Assembly (NCBI GenBank): GCA_026025795.1
Contig: JAPEUG010000144.1
Span: forward strand, 1 to 37,232
Source of the DNA: Thelocarpon superellum
Lineage: Eukaryota
Length of the DNA: 37,232 bases
Direction of reading: 5' to 3'
Shown: positions 21,749 through 31,000 of the stretch, one piece after another
Layout of the letters: every line of letters begins with the position of its first letter
Position numbering within the stretch: the stretch's first letter is position 1
Made by a program: the position numbers and the translations under genes
The notes under the pieces: model-generated
The model's database searches: none
Seen by the model: only the letters and a program-made list of their open reading frames with translations
What the model was told of the DNA's origin: nothing

Positions 21749-24617
21749 ATGGGGTCGCCCATGGATTGGCAGCCTGATTCTCCGCGCGCGCTTGTCATCC
21801 CACCCGGCCGGCGCTTCAACGTCGCCCCAGTGGCCTGGCCAGAGGCCCAGTTCATGCAGGTACGTGATGCTGCGATGCACCAAGTATCTCCCACCCCCAA
21901 GGCCCGGCAACATGCCACAGGCTGCTCAGCACCTCGCATGGTGATTTCGATCGGTGGTGAGAAGCGTCAACACCTGACAAGCGGCCCAGGATCCCGTGCC
22001 CGGCCGGGCTACCCCGCCGCCCGTCCTCGCCCCGCGGGCGCCTGTTGTTCCCGCCCCGCCAATCCAACTCCACCACGACCCGCCTGAGGACCCCCTTCGG
22101 GTGAGTAGCCCGTCATAACATAAGGATAGGGAGATCATCTACTGACAGCCCCCATAGCAATACTACGACAGGGCGACAAACGTCGCGATCGCTCTTATCA
22201 ACGTCGCCTGCCTCGCCATCTCGGTGAGCGTGACGGCCGGCCAGCACCTCGCGAGTGCAGCCACCCGGGCCTTCCGGGCCCGTCACGCTCGCCAGGTGGT
22301 GAGGGCACCGCAAGAACTCGTCCGCGGGGCGATGATCGTTGGTGGCGGTGTCAAACGTCGCTGCGTCGAGCTCTTCTCCCGTCGCCCTCCCGTCACCCAG
22401 CAGCACATCCTGCGCGACGCCCGTCGCATTCGGAGTCCGCCTGCCCGTCGCCGCCCGCTTCCGCGCACGCCGACGCCCCGCAACCTCCCAGCTTCCTTCC
22501 CCACTTCCTCTCGCCCCCGCACCCCGTCGTGGGTCGCTCCGGCTACCCTGGCTGACCGTGCGATGACGGAGCCCTCCCCCTCGTCTGACTTCGGTCGGGA
22601 AGGGGTCGAAGGCGAGACATCGCAGCTGGCGCCTGCGGACGCTGTTGGCCTCTCATCCTCTCGGGAAGCTGCAGACGAGTCTGAGCGCCCTGCCAAGACG
22701 ATGGTGCGTGACGGACCGGGCCGAGTATCCACGTTTGAAGCCTCTGGCGTGCCTGATTCTCTCGCTCCGCGGGATGAGTCGGTGCGTCGTGATGTGCTTG
22801 CGTGGTACGACGCTTCGGCGAGTTACGCGCCGTCGTCGACGCAGCGAGCGCCGGCCCGTCTCAGCGGCCCTGTGGAGATGGAGGCCCAGAGCGGCCCCCG
22901 GGTCATCAACCCCCTGGGGTTTCGTGCGGCCCCGATGCGCCTCGCCGAGGACATTCCGACAACGTCACCGCAGGCGTCCCAGCGACCTGCCCCGACGATG
23001 GTAGTCCGACGCCTAGGCACGCTACCCATCCCGACCGAGACCTCACCGCCTCGCACGTTTCCATCGCCGCCACGCGCCGTGACGAGCCAAGCGACCCACC
23101 AGGGCGCTTCCGGGGGCGGTCGACGACCCCGATCCGTCCGTTCTCAAGGGCGGACGGGGTCCCCGCCCACCTCGCTCGGTCACGTGTCCGACGGCCTGGC
23201 ACGACTCCAGCTCCGATCCGACGCGACGGACGACAAGGCGCACGACAAGGAGGTGCTCCCTCCTGCGAAGTCAGCCGGCGACGAGACCGGCGCCCCGAAG
23301 GAGCCTGGCCCCGAGGTCAGTGCTCCGCGACACACGGCCGGCGACGAGACCGGACCGTCCCCGGGAGGTCTCCTTGGTGACCTCACCCCGGCAACCACCA
23401 CCTCGCGTGGGAGCCGGGACACCAAGGAGCCTCAGCCGGCGCCGCGCACGCCGAGTCGATCGGTGATCCCCCGGGTACACTGGGGTGGTCTTCAGACGCG
23501 CTCCTTTATCAAAGGAGAGCGTATCGACTACGTGCCGACGCCAAGCACCGGGGGGCTGGAGGGCGAGACGGAGAGCCCGCTCTCCGAGCTCAGCCCGGGG
23601 TTCGCCCGAGTGCTCGAGGAGGGCCTCAGCCCGCTGGGGAATCAAGTTGGGGAGCTTGATTCTCCCGTGGTGCTTGAGCCTGAGTTGAGCATCTCGGGGC
23701 GGACCCGGAAGGCGCGCGAGGTGGAGGAGACGACCAAGGCGCAGGAGAAGGCGGCCAAGGCGGCCAGGGCGGCCAAGGTAGCGCGCGAGGCGGCGGAACG
23801 GGCGGCGGAGGCGGAGCGGGCGCGCCAGCGCCGACAAGCCCGCGTCATGCCGGCGGCCCCGGTGATCGCGCCGCTGACGGCGGAGTGGGAGGCCAAGGTG
23901 GCGGCGGCGATGCGGAGCGGGCCGAGCAAGGAGCTGGCCTGGACGTCGACGGGGGTGCCGATCTCGCGGCGCGACCTCGGAACGGTGCTGCCGACGTCGG
24001 CGGCGGACCGCACGGGGGGGTGGTTGAATGACGAGGTCATCAACGCCTACCTGCAGGCCGTCGTCGACCACGGGCTGCGCCAGACGACGGGGGGCGCGGG
24101 CCGACGCGGGCGACAGGGGACGCCGAAGTTCCACGCCTTCAACTCCTTCTTCTACAGCAACCTCCGCGGCAAGGGCCCGAAGAGCGTGAGCCGATGGACG
24201 ACCAAGGCGCACATCGGCGGCAAGACCCTCCTGGACGTGGAGCGCGTCTTCATCCCGGTGCACAACGGGAACCACTGGACGCTGCTGGTGGTGTCGCCCG
24301 TGGCCAAGACGATCGAGTACTTTGACAGCCTCGACGGGCCGCCGGGCCAATTCATCGCCCAGGCCAAGCTCTGGCTGCGCGAGGAGCTGGGCGCCCTCTA
24401 CGTCGACCGGGACTGGCGAGTGCTCAACTCGCCATCTCCCCAGCAATCCAACTCCCTAGACTGCGGCGTCTTCACCGTCACCACGGCCAAGATGGTGCTC
24501 CTCGGCATCGACCCGATGGCCTACGGGCCGCGCGACATCCCGCTGCAGCGACGGCGGATGGTGGCCGAGCTCATCAACGGCGGCTTCTCCGGCGTCTTTG
24601 CGCCCGCGGCGACCTAG
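21749..24617 (+). CDS. ulp1: Ulp1/SENP-family SUMO-specific cysteine protease (peptidase C48), ~893 aa; exons 21749-21859, 21990-22100, 22158-24617
   Basis: C-terminal catalytic domain with WLNDEVINAY, FNSFFY, IPVHNGNHWTLL (His), EYFDSL (Asp) and QQSNSLDCGVF (Gln, Cys). Two phase-0 introns (21860-21989 GTACGT..CTGAC..CAG; 22101-22157 GTGAGT..CTGAC..TAG) link an ATG in CATC-ATG context to the long ORF. The 5' exons are less certain than the catalytic domain. Confidence 0.9.
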
Positions 24618-24723
24618 GCGGATCGCCCGTCACACGATTCGTCCTTCCTTCTACGATGCACCGGGCGTACGAGGAAGGATAGCCTCGATGCTCTGCACGA
24701 AGATGAGATCACGGGCCGCTTCC

Positions 24724-24810
24724 CGACACACCGGGCGTCGCACCGGGCGTCACACCGGGCGACACACCGGGCGACATACCGGGCGTCACACCGGGCGACA
24801 CACCGGACGT
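24724..24810. repeat. 12 bp minisatellite (CACACCGGGCGW) x~7 downstream of ulp1
   Basis: Seven near-identical copies about 110 bp after the stop codon. Confidence 0.93.
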
Positions 24811-25150
24811 CCCAAGGACGATCCACATACGGCGATGGGAGGTTGATCTGAGTTGGGCCTGGAGTAGGAGCATGATCGTTATGGCTAAGGAGCAGGCGGA
24901 GTTGACGGTCGGGCGGACTTGGGAATCATTCGATTACGAAGTTGTATTACTCGGCGATCAGTCATCACATGGAATTGCATTGCGTGACATGGTGTAGCAT
25001 TAGAATACAGTCGACTTTCATTCATCTGCTTTGTTGTATGTGCAAGGCTGCGGGCCACACCTCACCAGAGACAGAGGAGAGGTAGGAGAAGTCATGAGAT
25101 AGTCACGGCTATAGTCACGTGATCACTCGCACCCGATGTAGCTGTCGGCA

Positions 25151-25645
25151 GATGACATAATCAGTGGCTGGTCATGGGAGAGCCAGCGGGAAATGCTGCT
25201 CTAGGGGTTCCCATAGATTTAGTATGGGGAGACCCAAGCGGAGTTTTAATGGTAAGCCTCAATTCTATCGACACCGTATGCCCCAATGTGCAACAGTAGC
25301 AAGCCAAGTTAGCGAAGTGTCTCTCAAACTCCCGCTTAAGTGATGACGTCTGTAGCACTCTAACTAGCTACGAAGTCTTGCATATTTTCCCCCGGCTCAA
25401 CTGCCCCTCCTGTTTCCTCGGTCGCAAAAGGTATACAGTGTAGGAATCTGAGCTGAACTGCTAATCTACGCGTAGTCGGGATAGTAATAGGAGTGGGCAC
25501 GTGACCAGATCACGTGCGCGCTCCTACACCAGTTACTTGGCTAGTAACTAACGTTAGTTCATTACTTAGGAACCCTTGAGAAACGACGGACTAAAGCGGC
25601 ATTCCCTGCTGTCCCTTCCCATGACCACCCACTGATTATGTCATC
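25151..25645. mobile_element. Putative MITE / fold-back element (~495 bp) with ~55 bp imperfect terminal inverted repeats and several internal hairpins; no transposase ORF
   Basis: Left end GATGACATAATCAGTGGCTGGTCATGGGA... matches the reverse complement of the right end (...TCCCATGACCACCCACTGATTATGTCATC) at 28 of the first 29 positions and continues imperfectly to ~55 bp. The interior is AT-richer than the flanking genes. No clear target-site duplication. Confidence 0.6.
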
Positions 25646-26075
25646 CTCTAACTCGCGGGATAAGAGCTGGTGGCATTGACACAAGGTCAGCATTTGAGAC
25701 ATCCGACCTTCTCGACATTCATAACAACGTCCATGCGGGAGTCCACAAGTCTGTCCACCACGATTCCAGAGTCTGTTTTGGCCTCCTATGCGTTGGGCGT
25801 CGTGTCATGGTGGTTTCATCCGCAGTTTTTCATGTGGCCGACGATGCTGCCACCTGTGTCAACAGGCCCAGGTTCGTGGGCAACGACGCATAAGTCCAGG
25901 TCAAGATATTCAAATCGGCCTTGGGATTTGAAACGCTCATCGATCACAGCCACCCAGATTGTTTCCATCTAGGAGCGAGGGACTTTCATGCCCGCAATCT
26001 TGCCCCGTGGTTTTATAGCTATGGTGACGGGGGTAAAGGTCGTCGGTCGAGGACGCGCAGTCTCGTGGCTTCAAG

Positions 26076-27406
26076 ATGCATGTATACTTGCAGCTGCTCA
26101 TTCGAGCGCTCTGGATTGCTTCGGTGGTTCCGCCGTCGCACGGGCGGCCGAGTGGCCGAGGCATGCCCGCGCAAGGAGGCAGCCTCAAATCACTACAGGC
26201 GCGGACAGACCTTGCGGGTGGAGGAGGCAGCACCGTGATGCCCGCGGTGCCGACCACGCATGGCCTGTACGCCTCGCCACTGACCGTCGGGGGCCAGCAA
26301 CTGCAGGTGGTGCTAGACGCGGGGTCAACGCCGACGTGAGTCGGACCTCTCCCATACCGCGAGTTCGATGAGGCCGTGCTGACGTCACCGGATGGTAGAT
26401 ACATCTTTGAAGGCACGGCGCCCAACGGGTCCAAGTCGTATGAGCCGGGGCAGAGCAACACTTTCGAGCCGGTCCTCAATCACAATTTCTCGTATTACTA
26501 CGACACGGGCGAAGTGGTTCAAGGCACGTATGGTCGCGATGACATGACCTTCGGGTCGGTCGCGCTGGCGGAGCAACTCTTTGGTCTCATCAATCCCCAA
26601 CGCGGCGTATCGGTCAACAAAACGTTTGCGCATGGAGATCCCAAGTTCCTCTACGGCATCGACGCCATCATCGGCGTCAGCGCGGCGGAGACGGACGCGA
26701 TGTACAACTCCTTCCTACGCAGGAGCCTCCAACCGCTGCTGGCCGAAGCCGTGTTCACCGTCGACTTTCCGTACGCCGCGACCGGAAGCATTGAGTTTGG
26801 TGCCGTGGATACGTCCAAATTCTCCGGGCCGCTGACGTATCTTAATCTGACCACGTCGCTGGCGTACACCGTGGCCCAAAAAGCCATTACCTTTGGCAAC
26901 CATACGTTTCCCTGGGCGGCGGACCAGTCGTGCACTTTTGGTAGGGCCATGGACGCGCGTGGTCGCGGCATTATGGAGGACTTCTTTGCTAATGAGCGCT
27001 TCCGTAGACACGGGCTCGACATCCCTCTACTTGACACAGGAAATGGTGACGGCTTATTACCAAGACGTGCCGGGCGCGTACCCGGTCGCGAACGTCGACG
27101 GCTACGTCGTTCCATGCGATAGTGTCTTGCCCAACGTCACCATCCAGTTCACCGAAACCTTCCCGGTGACCGTCTCCGGGCAGGATCTGATGCTCCCGTA
27201 CCCACCGGTTCAGGGTGTGTCTATATCCCATCCGGATCAATGGGGCCCTGGGAAGGCTGACCGTATTAGGCTGCGTGGGCGCTGTGGCCGTCCGTTCGTT
27301 ATCCGCGTCGATCATCAACGTGGGCCAGCCATTCTTCTACAGCCAATTTATGGTGTTTGATTGGGGAGGTCTCCGTGTGGGCATGGCGCCGAAGACCGTC
27401 GCCTGA
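26076..27406 (+). CDS. Secreted pepsin-like (A1) aspartic protease, divergent, ~381 aa; exons 26076-26335, 26399-26940, 27008-27214, 27270-27406
   Basis: Signal-like N-terminus; Y...LTVGGQQLQVVLDAGS (first lobe), flap FSYYYDTG..VQG..GRD, IDAIIGVS, VFTVDF...GSIEFGAVDTSKFSGPLTY, F|DTGSTSLYL (second lobe), GYVVPC and QFMVFDWGGLRVGMA. Three canonical introns of 63, 67 and 55 nt keep the frame. Confidence 0.9.
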
Positions 27407-27647
27407 AACGGGCTTCCTAAGAAGGCTCGCCGAGACGACCTGCAAGACCACGATGGGAGGGCCTCATCGTTAAAAACGATCCGACCCTTTTGTCAGGAGC
27501 ACTCCGCTACCCCGTACACCGACAGGGCTATATACGGTAATGCCCCTTGCATGTAGTCATATCATTGGAGAGCCACTTGGGACGGACGACTCATGTGTTG
27601 CTAGCTAGCTGCCGTTCTCGTAATACTAGCTACTAAGGAAGGAAGCA

Positions 27648-27689
27648 CTCTCACTCTCACTCTCGCTCTCGCTCTCGCTCTCGCTCTCG
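27648..27689. repeat. (CTCTCR) x7 hexanucleotide microsatellite
   Basis: CTCTCA x2 followed by CTCTCG x5, in or near the kinesin 3' UTR. Confidence 0.9.
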
Positions 27690-27834
27690 TCCCGCCCCAC
27701 TTCATTCGTTCTTCCTTCACTCTTTCCCACGTCTTTTCCATATCTGGTCCTCGCTCCGTCTCCGATTTGTCTTCGCAATGGAATCCATCATCCACCGTCA
27801 TCATGAAGCAAGAAACCACAAGCCAGGAAACATA

Positions 27835-27864
27835 GCACGGCACGGCACGGCACGGCACGGCACG
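27835..27864. repeat. (GCACG) x6 pentanucleotide microsatellite
   Basis: Six perfect copies about 200 bp downstream of the kinesin stop codon. Confidence 0.92.
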
Positions 27865-28064
27865 GGCAATGGACCAAAGGGAAATAGGAAAGAGGAAAAA
27901 TGGGAAAGAGGAGTGAGGAAAAGGAAAGAAAAGGAAAGAACTGATCGACAAAGTAGGCCACAAGAAGTAGAAGCAGAAGCAGAACCACAAGCACGTGCAA
28001 GAGTGGCGGTGGGGAATGCAACGCAATGACGAGGAGCCTCAACTCTCAACTGCTCGCCTGTCAA

Positions 28065-31000
28065 CTAGAAACAATTCAACGTCCCCTTCTTCTTGTTGCG
28101 TTTGTTCAGAGCAATCATCCGTTCCTCCAGCTGCGCCTTGGCTGCCTCGGCTTGACGACGTGCGTTGCGCTCTTCCTCCACCGCTTGCATCGAGTACCGG
28201 CTGTTCTTCTGGTTGTTGCGCAGCGACTCCACCTCCTCCTCGTATGACAGCGCCTTTTTGCGCCACGCGTCGAGGTCTTCCTTGACCGTCTTGCCCTGTG
28301 CTTCCAGCTCCACCAACGCCTCCTCCAGCGTCGACGTCAGCTGCTTCTCCGCGAAGAGATGTTTTTCAATCGTGCGGATCCGCGCTTCCTGGTCTTCCGC
28401 AAGTTGCGTGTTGGCCAGGTCCTTGCTGGGGTGACGAGAGCCCGTCGGCGTCGGCGGACCGGGGGGCACTCCACTCGCCGTAGCCGTCGCACTTTGCGCG
28501 TTGGCCGCGTTGTTGGGAAGCGGCGGGAGGGGAATCGCTGGTGGCGGCGAGGGCAAGGACGCGGCCGACGCGCTCTTGCGGAGATTCGAGTTGAAGGAAT
28601 TCGACCGCTGCAGACGCTCATCTTGCGTTCCGTTCATCTGGTAGTTGTGCGACTTGGCCTGCAGGTCCGTGTCAGTCGGCGCCGCTGGCGGTGGAGCATG
28701 TCCCAATGAACCTACCTCAAGTCGTGCAATCTCGTCGCGTACCGCCTCCAACTCGGCCAATGCTTGTGCCTTGGCCACGTTGGCCTCGGCCAACTGGTTG
28801 TGTCGCTCCGTCTCCAGCGTCGACAGCCGGTTGCTCGCCGCTTGGTGCTGGTCAAAGTTCGACGACAATTGGTCCTCGAGCTCCTCCACGATGCGCGAGC
28901 TCTTCCGGTATTCGTCGTTGAGTCGTTCAATCTCCTTGACCGATTCCTCGTTGAGCGCCGTCAGTTCCGTCACGGTCGCCTTGAGGTTGAGCACTTCGGC
29001 GCGCGCCTTGTCCGACTGGTCGCGCGCCATGGCGTAGTGCGCCTCCGCATCTAGACCACGCTCTCGCATCTGCTGGATCTGCGAGGGCAGCTTGTGCGAC
29101 GCCGTGTCCTCCTCCAGCACCATGGACACCCCGTGCAGGAGACGTCCCATCTCGTCCTTGGCTTCCATCAGCTCCGCGTGCAGATTGCGCAGCTGCTCTT
29201 GGTGTTGCGCGCCCTGCTCCGCCAAGCGCGCCTCCGTCTGGCGCTGCGCGTTTTGCTGCAGTTCCGCCACGTGCTGGGAGTGCGTGTCGTGCAGCGACTG
29301 GAGATTGTCCTCATGCGTCCGGATGATCGATTGATGTTCCGTGATCTGTTGCTCCAGGTTCGCCACCAGCTCGCGGTGCGCCTGCACTTCCGTCGCGGAC
29401 GCCTCTTGCGATCGTGCGCTCTCTTCGAGCTGCTGCTCGAGCTCCGTCACCCGCGCCGTGCTCGCCTGGATCGTCGACTGGTGCGTGTCCATGGCCCGCT
29501 GCAGGGCGGCCACCTGCGCTTCATGCTGCAATCGCTCGTGCTCGAGCACCGTCGCGTCCACGTCGCGACTTCCCTCGTGGGCCTCGGCCGCCGTCGTCCG
29601 CTCCACTCGCAAGGCCTCGACGTTGCTCATGGCCGACTCCAGCTCGCCGATCGTGTCGAGCAGTTGCTTCTCCGACGACTGCATCGAGTCCACCGCCGTC
29701 TGATGGCGATGCTCCCACTCATGCAGTTCCGCCTCCAGCTCGGCGATGCGCTGCGCTTGCCGCACCGTCTGAGGATCGCGTGCCCCGCCGTCCGACGCGG
29801 CGCCGCCGAGCTCCGCCGTGAGGGCGTCAATCTGCGCCTTGAGGTCACGCTCGCGGCCGGCGTGTCCCTGCTTCAGCATCCGGATCTGCTCCTCGCTCTG
29901 CAGCAACTGATCCCGCATCGTCGACACCACCGAGATGTCCATAGGGGAGGAGTTCTTCAAACTCGACCGTTCGCGCGTCAGACCCGAGATGATGGTCATC
30001 TTGGTCTCCATCTCCTTCTTCACGCTGGCAATCTCCGACTCGAGCTCCTGCACCCGCTCCGACCGGGCGTGCAGCTCGTGCATGGCCGAGTTCAGGTTGA
30101 GCTCGAAGTTCTGCATCACGTCGGGCTTGCCGTCAAAGTTCTCCGTGGCGATGTTCCGCAGCGAGGCAAAGGAGCGGTGTGCGCGGTCGATGATCATGAC
30201 GTTCTGGCTCGACTTGCGCCGGATGACATGCGCCGTCGGCGACGTCGACCCATTCATCTTGGCCTTGTGCACCTCCGCCTTGAGCTCCTCCACCACGTCC
30301 AAGGTGTCGTGGTGCTGTTCCTGCAGCTGCGCGTACTGCCGCGTGAGCTCTTGCATGCTCCGGTCCTTCTCCGCTTGCAGCCGCTTGAGCGCGTCGACCT
30401 CGTGGGCCACGACCGCGTCCTGTGGTACCGTCCGCGCCGCCGCCGCCGCCGAGTCGGGCCGGCGCGACATGGTCTCGTGATCAGAAGTATCCGTCGTGCT
30501 GGGCGACACGCCAGCTGAGAACAATTCCGAAGATAGTGAACGCGAGGATGAGATCTGTTCTCCATCCTTTAGTTCGCTCACCCTCGCGTCTTCTAAAAAA
30601 GAGGTGGGGCGGGTCGAGGACGGCGTGGCGAAGTTCTCGGGTCCCGAAGGATGTCGGGCCTCGTCCACGGCGTCGCGGAGATCGGACAGCGTGCGGAGGG
30701 CATCCTCGTACTTGGCCGACAGGAGATCAAACTCGCTGACCGTCGTCTCGTGCTCCACGCGGAGGTCGAACAGCTCCTGCGTGACGTTCTCGAGCTTGTC
30801 CGCCACGAACTTTGATTGCGCCGGGCTCTGCTGCGGGTACTCGTTGTCGGGCGTCGTGGGCTCGAGACCTTTGGCCTTGGGCGTCGCCTCGAGGTCAGCT
30901 GGCACCGCGCCAGCGTCCTCGGCCGGGATGGCGGGGGGATGTTCGCCCTGTTGCTCCTCGTCATGTTCCTCGATGATGATGTTGTCCTCCTCGCCCAAGC

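Noticed and set aside
23274..23352. Duplicated AGDETG peptide (GCCGGCGACGAGACCGG x2) in ulp1
   Set aside because: A short local duplication in a disordered linker with no sign of function.
25340..25456. Box C/D snoRNA (GTGATGA at 25340, CTGA at 25448/25453) inside the inverted-repeat element
   Set aside because: No terminal stem closes the boxes and I could not identify a convincing rRNA-complementary guide. A snoscan or Infernal run would settle it.
25151..25645. Group I intron, hammerhead/retrozyme, RNase P/MRP or telomerase RNA identity for the structured element
   Set aside because: Core motifs (P7 GACTA/TAGTC in the proper order, CTGANGA..GAAA, P4 consensus, telomere template) were not found in a consistent arrangement.
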